From NCBI GenBank assembly GCA_026706815.1, contig JAPOYA010000041.1, positions 102,500-166,499 of the forward strand: 64,000 nt of DNA. Reading direction: 5' to 3'. Origin of the DNA: Acidimicrobiaceae bacterium. GTDB lineage: Bacteria > Actinomycetota > Acidimicrobiia > Acidimicrobiales > Aldehydirespiratoraceae. The notes under the pieces were generated by a model, which was not told the DNA's origin, ran no database searches, and was given only the letters and a program-made list of their open reading frames with translations. Shown here one piece after another: positions 9,655-17,830 of this stretch (the first letter of the stretch is position 1; each line of letters starts with the position of its first letter). A program made the translations under genes and the position numbers.

Positions 9655-9959
9655 TTAGGACAGGATTGGCCAAGCTCGTACGGTCATTAAAGCCACGAGC
9701 GCCGCTAGCACGAATAGCGCGGGGGTCAGCCGAGGCAGCGGCGGCAGAAACCGATGCCGGTACACATACACACCAAGCTCCCCGAAAAAAACAATGCGAG
9801 GATCACCAGCACCCGAAGGCTAGTCACGGGCCCGTCTCCCCAAGCCAACAGCCCTCCCACGCAGTAAACGAGAATACCAGTGCCGCCCCAATCGTAGGCG
9901 TCGAAAAACCCTAGTTTTGGTTTCTCTGTCGTCGTACCGTGCGTGTCGTGATTTGCCAC
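9655..9959 (-). pseudogene. Small membrane protein, paralog of 14657-14980, frameshifted at a 7-nt homopolymer (9785-9791)
   Basis: GTG start at 9959. One extra T in the run gives a 101-aa protein containing EKPKL and GELGVYVYRHRFLPPLP, matching ERPRL and GDLAVYRIRHRVMPPRP of the 14657 protein. Confidence 0.75.
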
Positions 9960-9966
9960 AACGGTG

Positions 9967-9996
9967 AGGATACCGGCTGGTGTGGTCTGGATACAA
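9967..9996 (-). promoter_or_regulatory. Putative sigma-A promoter (leaderless) of the 9655-9959 gene
   Basis: On the minus strand: TTGTAT, 18 nt, TATCCT, 7 nt, then GTG. Confidence 0.55.
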
Positions 9997-9997
9997 G

Positions 9998-11329
9998 TGT
10001 CCCGTGTCAAGGGTTTGGGGCGGATTTCTGGTGTGGTGGTTTGGTGGTGGGGGTTTGTCGGTAGCGGTGGGGGGGCCGGGTCGTGTCGATGGCTTCGTGG
10101 GGGCGGATCTGGTTGTGGGTCGTTCGGTGGGAGCGGGCCTGGGCTGCGAGTTCGATGCCGTCGGCTGTGTCTGTGCGGTGGAGGTGCTCGTATTTGAGGG
10201 CTTCGAAGAACCGCTCGATCATTCCGTTGGTCTGCGGTGCCCGATTGCGGGTGCGGATGTGGGTGGTGTGGCGCTTGGAGGCTGCCCGGGCGGCGAACCG
10301 GGCTGGTTTGAAGCAGGGTCCGTTGTCGGTCGCCGGTTTCAGGGCGCCGGTCTCGCCGGTGTCGGGATCGGCGAGGTCGGCGACCCAGGTGATGCCCAGA
10401 GGGTTCTCGGCCTCTGCCAGGGCGCAGTCGAGGGATCTGATGGCGTCGGCGGTGGTTTTGGTGAGGCTGACCTCGCAGGCGGGGCTGGCCTTGGCCTAGC
10501 AGTCCACGACACCGCCCAGGTTCCAGGTCCCGGCGCCGTTGGTCTCGAACTCGGAGAAGTCGGCCTGCCACAGCCGGTTCCGGCGCGTCGGCGGGTCGAC
10601 GAAGGCCTGTTTGCGCGCGCCGGCTGCCTTGCGGATCTCGGCGGTGTAGTTCGCCCGCAGCGCGAGCCCGTTGCGGGCCGGCACCCGGTGCATGGTCGGG
10701 TCCGGCACCGGGCCCGCCTCCACAGAACCGATGCCGAACCCCTTGAGGGCGGCCAGCTTGCGGCGCCCCCAGCCCTCCCAGTCAGCGGCCAGCGTCTTGG
10801 CGTCGGCCTCGACGGCGTCCTGGGCTGGAGCGGGCCACGGCCCCTTTCGCTGCGCTGGACGCGGACCGCCACCGATACCAGGCCGCCCGCGGGATCCCCG
10901 CGATCTCGCAGAACCGGGCGACCGCTGCGCCCGCCTCGGCGCGGAGGGCGTCGAGCTCGCCGACCGCCCATACAGCGAGACCCCCCCTTTTTTCCACACC
11001 CGCAGCTCCATGCGCGCCTCGCCCAAAGCGGTGTTGAGCTGCTCGACCTCGCCGCCGACTGCTGCTCACGAGCCGACGGCCCGTGCCGAGCACCGGCCTC
11101 CAACGCTTGCCGTCCACCAGCGAGGAACTGATCGCGCCACTCCGAGACCGAGACCGACGACGCCCCCTCCCGACGGGCCGCCTCCGCAACCGAGACCCCC
11201 CCCCCCGCAACACAGCCAAAACGATCCTCGCCTTGCCCTCCACAGACCTCCCAGACCGACAGCCCATCCAGCCCCTCCCCCCAATCAGCACCAAACCACG
11301 ACCTGACTCAGAAATCTTGACACGGGATA
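9998..11329 (-). mobile_element. IS3-family insertion sequence, degenerate, with 4-bp target duplication CAAG
   Basis: Ends TGTCCCGTGTCAAG and reverse complement TATCCCGTGTCAAG. CAAG at 9994-9997 and 11330-11333. A6G slippery site at 10987-10993 on the minus strand. Confidence 0.85.
10007..11267 (-). pseudogene. IS3-family OrfA (HTH) and OrfB (DDE integrase-like) with frameshifts and an internal TAG
   Basis: OrfA fragments RIVLAVLRG...WRDQFLAGG...ELRVWKKGG. OrfB fragments NRLWQADFSEF, TDNGPCF, NGMIERFFEALKYE, NQIRPHEAI. Stop codon at VVDC*AK. Confidence 0.85.
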
Positions 11330-11399
11330 CAAGAAGCTTCGGCTTGTGGTCAGCTCGGTTCCGTCCAGACAGCGCGGTTCAAGTTTTCGGATGTTGGAC

Positions 11400-11429
11400 T
11401 TGACAGCGGGGGGGGGGGGGGTATTGAGT
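11400..11429 (+). promoter_or_regulatory. Putative promoter with a G14 homopolymer in the -35/-10 spacer (candidate phase-variable promoter)
   Basis: TTGACA at 11400-11405, GC, G14 at 11408-11421, then an imperfect -10 (TATTGA or TTGAGT); ATG at 11437. Confidence 0.65.
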
Positions 11430-11436
11430 AACGGCC

Positions 11437-14400
11437 ATGAAGAGCCGTTGTGTTTCCGCGTTCCGTTGTTTGAAGCTGTCACACGCTGGGAGGTGGCCCC
11501 ACAAGCGCCGCGGCCAAAGCGCTGGGGGCGGGGTTGGTCGCCGCGGCGAAGCGTTCGGCGCTGCCCGGTTTGTTGGGGTGGTTGTAGCGGTGTCGGTGTT
11601 GGCTTTGGGTTTGTCTGTGGACCCGGAGTCGGGCTCTTTGCTGTCCCCGGCGGCTGCTGATGAGCAGACCGAGGAATATAAAGTGAGGGTGGAGCCGTTC
11701 ACCCGCACGATACCGGTCTGGAACTACGAGGAGCGCACCAGCCGGGTCAGGGTCGCTCCTTACGTCAAGACCGTGGCCGCCTACAACTATGGGAACCGCA
11801 CCAGCCGGGTCAGGGTCGCGCCGTTCACCCGCACGATACCGGTCTGGAACTACGAGGAGCGCACCAGCCGGGTCAGGGTCGCTCCTTACGTCAAGACCGT
11901 GGCCGCCTACAACTACGGGAACCGGCGGTCGTGCCACCCGCTGCACGGCTGCTCGACAACCCGGGTCAGGGTCGCGCCGTTCACCCGCACGATACCGGTC
12001 TGGAACTACGAGGAGCGCACCAGCCGGGTCAGGGTCGCTCCCTACGCCAAGACCGTGGCCGCCCACAACTACGAAACCCGCACACGCCCCGTCCCTCACA
12101 CCCACCCCACCACAACAACCGAGGCTCCGACCACGACCGAAGCTCCGACTGAAGCTGAGGCTCCGACCACGACCGAGGCACCGACAACAACCGCAGCCCC
12201 AACCACCACTGTGGCTCCGACTGAGGTTCAGGCTCCGACAACGACTGCGGCTCCGACTACGACTACAACGACGACGGTTGCGCCGACAACGACAACAACG
12301 GTGCCGTCGACTACGGCGCCTGTTCAGGGGGACTGCCCCAGCGGCTACTACCAACTCGCCGATCCGTTGCCGAGGGCCTGGATCGATCTGTTTGATCGCA
12401 CCGTCAGTTTCGACCAGGCCACAGGGCTGCACCCTGAGCCTGTCGTGTGGGTGAAACAACCAAGCACGCCGCGCGCACAAGACAGGGGCTGTCACATCGC
12501 CCGTTTCAAGGTGACCGATGTGGGCGCGGTAAACGAAAACGAACTGCAACAAGCAGCACAAGCCGCGTTGGCGGTCGGCTCACAAGCATACAACACCATC
12601 TGCAGTGGCGAACTCTTGACCAACATCCCTCAGGCGAAACGAGCAGCGGAGAAGTCCAAGACCGTCGCCAGGATCGCTACGAGGCTGGGCACTACCAGCG
12701 CCAGAATCGTGCAGCGGGCTTCCATCGCGTTGAGCGTTGTCTGCCTGCCGGCCACCCTACAAGACGCACGCAGCGTCTTGAGATGGATCGGCGGTCTGTT
12801 ATCAACACGGCCGAAGCCGCCGTGCCCTGACCCTCCGACGAGGTTGGCCCTAGTCGGTACCGATGGGGCGATACAGGTGTCATGGACACCCCCAACCAAC
12901 GCACCCCAAGACAAGGCCAACGAACACGGCGGGCACAAATACTCTGTCCATTGGGGGGAAGGTGCGAGTTCGCTGGGCGCTCCGATCACGGGAATCAAGA
13001 CCATCTGGCGTTCGGGGCCTCGAGCGACGCACACAATTGCAGCAGAAAATGGGCACGAATACTGGGTTCAAGTCTTCTGGGGCACGAAGCACGGATGCGA
13101 TGGGCGAACACCAGTAGTAGAGGGAACAGTCACCCCAATCACCGCTCCTAGTGCGCCGACCGGGTTGGTCCTTGCGCCTGCTGGCGGGCAGATACGGGTT
13201 TCATGGCGAGCGGCGCCGCACAGCAGCGCCGCACCCGTGGAGGGATACGACATAACGTGGGGCGACAGCGGAGGTCGTATCAATAGCGCTCGCGTGGGCC
13301 AAGGCACCACAGTGTACCTGATCGGGGGTCTCACCAACGGGAGGACCTATCATGTCAGCGTGTCCGCGCACAATGTCTCGGGCCCCTCGACTGCAGTATC
13401 CGACACAGAAATCCCAGTCGCTGCTCCTAGTGCGCCGACCGGGTTGGTCCTTGCGCCTGCTGGCGGGCAGATACAGGTTTCATGGCAAGGACCGCCGCGC
13501 AGCAGCGCCGCACCTGTCGAGCGGTTCAAAATAACGTGGAGCGATGTCTTTGAATCCCGTGTCCGCGACGTTCACCTGCAACAAGATGCCAGAGAGTACA
13601 CGATCAAGGGCCTCACTAACGGGAGCGTCTATCGCGTCAGCGTGTCCGCGTACAATATCGTGGGTCACTCGGCTCCCGCTAGCGGCACAGCAATCCCCAG
13701 GTTCGCTGCTCCTAGTGCGCCGACCGGGTTGGTCCTTGCGCCTGCTGACGGGCAGATACAGGTTTCATGGCAAGCAGCGCCGCACAGCAGCGCCGCACCC
13801 GTGGAGGGATACGACATAACGTGGAGTGACAGCGGGGGCTATGTCAACAGCGCTAGTGTGCGTCGAGGCACCACAGCGTATCTGATCGGGGGCCTTGCCA
13901 ACGCGAGGGCCTACAGCGTCAAAGTGCATGCGTACAATACCAATGACTTGAACCGCGTGTCATACTCGGCTGCCATTAGCGGCACGGCGACCCCGAGCGC
14001 TGTCCCTAGTGCACCGACCGGGTTGGTCCTTGCGCCTGCTGACGGGCAGATACGGGTTTCATGGCGAGCAGCGTCGCACAGCAGCGCCGCGCCCGTTAAG
14101 GGGTACAACATAAACTGGTATACTGGCACCGGCGCAGGCCAGCAATCTAGCGCTCTCGTGTTGCGAGGCTACACAACATATACGATCAAGGGCCTTACCA
14201 ACGGGAGAGCCTACAGCGTCTTCGTGCGTGCGGTCAATGGCGCAGGCAAATCGGCTTACATCTGGGGCAAAGCAACCCCTAGGGCAACGACAACAACCAC
14301 GACGACACTGCCCGAGGCGGACGAGTCTGTTCCGACGGTACGGACGATCCCGGACTACGACAGAGGAAAGTATTTTCTGCTCCTCAGGACAATGGAGGCC

Positions 14401-14493
14401 AAGGTGTCTCGTCCGGGGTGCCGCCTGTGGGTGCTCTGGGAGCGCAGTTCTCGGGATGTGCATGTTTGGATTTGTAAAATATACGGGAACTGA
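11437..14493 (+). CDS. Large secreted protein: 21-aa tandem repeats, Thr-rich linker, unique central domain, five fibronectin type III domains
   Basis: Hydrophobic signal segment ending SPAAA. FN3 units APSAPTGLVL...VSW...Y...GLTNG..Y.V.V.A.N. TTTEAPTTT linker. Confidence 0.85.
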   Translation: MKSRCVSAFRCLKLSHAGRWPHKRRGQSAGGGVGRRGEAFGAARFVGVVVAVSVLALGLSVDPESGSLLSPAAADEQTEEYKVRVEPFTRTIPVWNYEERTSRVRVAPYVKTVAAYNYGNRTSRVRVAPFTRTIPVWNYEERTSRVRVAPYVKTVAAYNYGNRRSCHPLHGCSTTRVRVAPFTRTIPVWNYEERTSRVRVAPYAKTVAAHNYETRTRPVPHTHPTTTTEAPTTTEAPTEAEAPTTTEAPTTTAAPTTTVAPTEVQAPTTTAAPTTTTTTTVAPTTTTTVPSTTAPVQGDCPSGYYQLADPLPRAWIDLFDRTVSFDQATGLHPEPVVWVKQPSTPRAQDRGCHIARFKVTDVGAVNENELQQAAQAALAVGSQAYNTICSGELLTNIPQAKRAAEKSKTVARIATRLGTTSARIVQRASIALSVVCLPATLQDARSVLRWIGGLLSTRPKPPCPDPPTRLALVGTDGAIQVSWTPPTNAPQDKANEHGGHKYSVHWGEGASSLGAPITGIKTIWRSGPRATHTIAAENGHEYWVQVFWGTKHGCDGRTPVVEGTVTPITAPSAPTGLVLAPAGGQIRVSWRAAPHSSAAPVEGYDITWGDSGGRINSARVGQGTTVYLIGGLTNGRTYHVSVSAHNVSGPSTAVSDTEIPVAAPSAPTGLVLAPAGGQIQVSWQGPPRSSAAPVERFKITWSDVFESRVRDVHLQQDAREYTIKGLTNGSVYRVSVSAYNIVGHSAPASGTAIPRFAAPSAPTGLVLAPADGQIQVSWQAAPHSSAAPVEGYDITWSDSGGYVNSASVRRGTTAYLIGGLANARAYSVKVHAYNTNDLNRVSYSAAISGTATPSAVPSAPTGLVLAPADGQIRVSWRAASHSSAAPVKGYNINWYTGTGAGQQSSALVLRGYTTYTIKGLTNGRAYSVFVRAVNGAGKSAYIWGKATPRATTTTTTTLPEADESVPTVRTIPDYDRGKYFLLLRTMEAKVSRPGCRLWVLWERSSRDVHVWICKIYGN
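11680..12084 (+). repeat. Six alternating 63-bp coding repeats (RVRVAPFTRTIPVWNYEERTS / RVRVAPYVKTVAAYNYGNRTS)
   Basis: Near-identical DNA copies in A-B-A-B-A-B order; a short CHPLHGC insertion precedes the fifth unit. Confidence 0.95.
13144..14280 (+). repeat. Four ~280-295-bp FN3 coding repeats
   Basis: Shared start CCTAGTGCRCCGACCGGGTTGGTCCTTGCGCCTGCT in units beginning at about 13144, 13423, 13708 and 14002. Confidence 0.9.
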
Positions 14494-14617
14494 GAGCGCT
14501 CCATGGACCCGCGCCGACTGCTCCGCTGGTTAGGAAGGTCAAGTCATGCGCGTAGGCGACTCATCGCTGACACCAACGCCCGCTCAACACGAACATACAC
14601 ACCCGCAAACCGACTGG

Positions 14618-14647
14618 TTGACGCAAAGCCAGTAAGGTAGTTAGGAT
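14618..14647 (+). promoter_or_regulatory. Putative sigma-A promoter of the 14657 gene
   Basis: TTGACG, 18 nt, TAGGAT, then ATG 9 nt downstream. Confidence 0.6.
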
Positions 14648-14656
14648 GACAATCTG

Positions 14657-14980
14657 ATGGCAGAAATGGCGACATCCGAGGAAGCCACACAGACCGGACC
14701 GGTAGACGAAAGACCACGACTGCTCTCTGTCGATGTATTGACCTCGGGCTACCTCTTTGGTTTGCCTCTGCTGGTGTGGGCTTGGATAGCTGTGACTCAG
14801 TCCCCTCTACGGAACACCATATCGCTGGGGTTTTACGTAGTGTGGGTACTTGGCGATCTGGCGGTATATCGAATCAGACACCGTGTGATGCCTCCCCGTC
14901 CAACATGGGGCAGACACAACCGCTGGACAGTCCCATTGCTCTTCTTTGTCTTAATCGTAGGAACGACCCAAGGCATCTAA
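14657..14980 (+). CDS. Small hypothetical membrane protein (about 3 TM segments)
   Basis: 107-aa ORF with three hydrophobic stretches, its own promoter and a paralog at 9655-9959. Confidence 0.75.
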   Translation: MAEMATSEEATQTGPVDERPRLLSVDVLTSGYLFGLPLLVWAWIAVTQSPLRNTISLGFYVVWVLGDLAVYRIRHRVMPPRPTWGRHNRWTVPLLFFVLIVGTTQGI

Positions 14981-15228
14981 GGCCGGACAGGCCCGTAGTC
15001 ACGAAGCTCTCACGGCTTAAGCATCGAAATCAGCGCGTTCGCGTGACGATGTCCAGAAGCAGATCTTGTAGCAACCTCCACCATCGTCGGTTGACTGGGC
15101 CGACATCCTCTAGTTGGGTCGAGAGTGAGGGGAAGCGTTGTTGCCCGTAGGATGGGGCGCGGGCAGCAGGGATGGCGTCAGTCGATCTGTGCCCGTTCGG
15201 TTCCGTCGTTTCCTAGGAGTGTTGTTCG

Positions 15229-16671
15229 GTGTCCCATAGCCCTGACTACAAAGTCGCGGATCTGGACTCAGCAGAGTTCGGTCGCAAAGAGATCCGCTTG
15301 GCCGAGCACGAGATGCCGGGGCTCATGGCGCTGCGCGGCAAGTACGCAGACGAAGCCCCGCTGGCTGGAGCAAGGATCGCTGGCTCGTTGCACATGACCG
15401 TGCAGACAGCGGTGCTCATCGAGACGCTGACTGCCCTGGGTGCCGAGGTGCGCTGGGTGAGCTGCAACATCTTCTCCACCCAGGATCATGCTGCCGCGGC
15501 TGTCGTGGTGGGGCCTGACGGCACGCCCGACGACTGCCGCGGCACTCCCGTGTTCGCTTGGAAGGGAGAGACCCTCGAAGAGTATTGGTGGGCGACTGAG
15601 CAGCTGTTCGTGTGGCCCGACGGCGAGGGCCCCAACCTGGTTCTCGACGACGGCGGCGATGCCACCATGCTGGTTCACAAGGGTCTGGAGTTCGAGAACG
15701 CAGACGCGATTCCGGATGCATCCGAAGACGACTCAGAGGAATGGACGGTATTCCTGGATCGCCTTCGCGACATCGCCGCACGCGACCCGCGTTTCTTCTC
15801 CCGAATCGCCTCCGGCATTCGCGGCGTCTCCGAAGAGACGACCACCGGCGTCAACCGTCTGTACCAGATGCTGGAGAGGGGTGAACTGCTCTTCCCTGCG
15901 ATCAACGTCAACGATTCCGTCACAAAGTCCAAGTTCGACAATCTCTACGGCGTGCGCCACAGCTTGATCGACGGCATCAACCGAGCCACCGACGTGATGA
16001 TCGGCGGCAAGGTTGCGGTCGTCTGCGGATTCGGCGACGTGGGAAAGGGATGCGCCGAGTCGCTCGCCGGCCAGGGGGCGCGGGTGATCGTCACCGAAAT
16101 CGATCCCATCTGCGCCTTGCAGGCCGCCATGTCCGGCTACGAAGTCGACACCCTTGAGGCTGTGATCGAAAAAGGCGACATCTTCATCTCGGCGACCGGC
16201 AACAAGGACATCATCCTGGCCGGTCATATGGCGAGGATGAAACATCAGGCCATCGTCGGCAACATCGGGCACTTCGACAACGAGATCGACATCGCCGGAC
16301 TCAAGCGAATGTCGGACGTTCGCAAGGTCAACATCAAGCCCCAAGTCGACGAGTACCTGTTCCCAGACGGACACTCGGTCATCGTGTTGAGCGAGGGTCG
16401 GCTCTTGAACCTGGGCAACGCCACCGGCCATCCGAGCTTCGTGATGAGCTGCTCGTTCACGAATCAGGTGCTGGCTCAACTGGAACTGCATGCCAACGCC
16501 GACACCATCGAGCTGGGTGTGCATGTGCTGCCCAGGATGCTCGACGAGGAGGTGGCACGACTCCATCTCGACGCGCTGGGTGTGAAGCTGACAACGATCA
16601 GCCAGGACCAGGCCGACTATCTGGGAGTGCCGGTCGGCGGTCCCTACAAGCCCGACCACTACCGCTACTAG
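15229..16671 (+). CDS. ahcY: Adenosylhomocysteinase
   Basis: [58 protein letters not shown]. Confidence 0.98.
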   Translation: MSHSPDYKVADLDSAEFGRKEIRLAEHEMPGLMALRGKYADEAPLAGARIAGSLHMTVQTAVLIETLTALGAEVRWVSCNIFSTQDHAAAAVVVGPDGTPDDCRGTPVFAWKGETLEEYWWATEQLFVWPDGEGPNLVLDDGGDATMLVHKGLEFENADAIPDASEDDSEEWTVFLDRLRDIAARDPRFFSRIASGIRGVSEETTTGVNRLYQMLERGELLFPAINVNDSVTKSKFDNLYGVRHSLIDGINRATDVMIGGKVAVVCGFGDVGKGCAESLAGQGARVIVTEIDPICALQAAMSGYEVDTLEAVIEKGDIFISATGNKDIILAGHMARMKHQAIVGNIGHFDNEIDIAGLKRMSDVRKVNIKPQVDEYLFPDGHSVIVLSEGRLLNLGNATGHPSFVMSCSFTNQVLAQLELHANADTIELGVHVLPRMLDEEVARLHLDALGVKLTTISQDQADYLGVPVGGPYKPDHYRY

Positions 16672-16753
16672 CCAGCTGCCGGCCCGGCAGTCGCGGCGCC
16701 GCCGGTCGAACCGCCGATTCTGTCTGTGTGCGCACAGCGAGTAGATTCGCCGG

Positions 16754-17641
16754 ATGACTTCATGTGACAGAGGTGTCTGGTTCGCTCCCGAGGGATTGAC
16801 GGGTTCACAAGTGGCCGACTTCGGCCAGCGGGTCGAAGAGCTCGGCTACTCGACGCTCTGGGTGGGGGAGACTTTCGGGCGCGATCCGTTTGCGCAGCTG
16901 GCAGCGATCGGCGCGGCGACTTCGTCTTTGAACCTGGCCTCCGGCATCGCCAATGTCTACAACCGCCATCCGGGGGTGATGCTCCAGGGCGCCAACACGG
17001 TGGCCGAGCAGACCGGCGGTCGCATGGTCCTGGGACTGGGGGTTTCGAGTCCGGCGATTGTGCAGCGGGTCCGCGGCATCGAATACGGCAAGCCCCTGTC
17101 GTTCATGAGCGATTACCTCGATGCCATGGACTCAGCCCGCTACACCTCTGTGAGCCCGCCGCACGAGGTTCCTCGCGTGCTGGCGGCGCTCGGCCCGAAG
17201 ATGCTTGAACTCGCGGCCCGGCGATGTGCGGGAGTGCATCCCTACAACACCACGCCGGAGCACACCGCATGGGCCCGTGGAATCATCGGTCCGGAGTCGG
17301 GGCTCTATGTTGAGCAGAAGGTGATGCTCACCAGCGACCCGTCTGTCGCCCGTGAGACCGGCGCCAAGGTTCTGAAGTTCTATTCTCGGGCGCCGGGCTA
17401 CCGTAATGCCTGGTTGAAGATGGGTTTCTCAGAAGAGGACATCGACGGTCCCAGCGCCAGGCTTGTTGATGGTCTGGTGGCTTGGGGCGACGTTGCGGAC
17501 ATCGAGGCTCGTCTCGCCGAACATGCTGAGGCGGGCGCCTCCCACGTCTGCATTCATCCGCTTCATCCCGATTCCGGTCAGGGCGCCGTCGATGACGCCG
17601 TCTTGGCCGCGCTAGCGCCGTCGCCGGAGTCGCCGACCTGA
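16754..17641 (+). CDS. LLM-class, probably F420-dependent, oxidoreductase
   Basis: VEELGYSTLW, ASGIANVY, LGLGVSS, LAALGPKMLELA, TPEHTAWAR. Confidence 0.85.
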   Translation: MTSCDRGVWFAPEGLTGSQVADFGQRVEELGYSTLWVGETFGRDPFAQLAAIGAATSSLNLASGIANVYNRHPGVMLQGANTVAEQTGGRMVLGLGVSSPAIVQRVRGIEYGKPLSFMSDYLDAMDSARYTSVSPPHEVPRVLAALGPKMLELAARRCAGVHPYNTTPEHTAWARGIIGPESGLYVEQKVMLTSDPSVARETGAKVLKFYSRAPGYRNAWLKMGFSEEDIDGPSARLVDGLVAWGDVADIEARLAEHAEAGASHVCIHPLHPDSGQGAVDDAVLAALAPSPESPT

Positions 17642-17657
17642 AAGCGAGCACGGGGTC

Positions 17658-17830
17658 ATGGAAGAGTTGAGCGGAAAGGTTGCGGTGGTCACGGGCGGGG
17701 CCAGTTCTGGCTTTTCGCCGATGATCTGGCGGACGGTATGATCCGAGAACGCCACGCGGACATTGAACGCAAGGCAACGCCGAGGAAGCGTTCGCATCTT
17801 GTGGAGTTGATGCTCAAAGGAGACTCATGA
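17658..17830 (+). pseudogene. Internally deleted short-chain dehydrogenase (SDR) remnant
   Basis: MEELSGKVAVVTGGAS joins out of frame at about 17704 to a C-terminal-like tail (QFWLFADD...IRERHADIE...). Its TGA overlaps the next ATG (ATGA). Confidence 0.7.

Noticed and set aside
8156..11329. Diversity-generating retroelement as the cause of the adenine changes
   Set aside because: No reverse transcriptase or template/variable repeat pair. DGRs change A to any base on one strand, whereas these are transitions on both strands.
11680..12084. Possible CRISPR array
   Set aside because: Units are contiguous, in frame and coding, with no unique spacers, and there are no cas genes in the window.
15121..15228. 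Possible SAH riboswitch upstream of ahcY
   Set aside because: A hairpin (15139-15168) and partial GAGG..AGCGTTG / CAGG similarity exist, but I cannot form the closing stem, and a TAGGAT -10 box sits in the loop. An Rfam scan would settle it.
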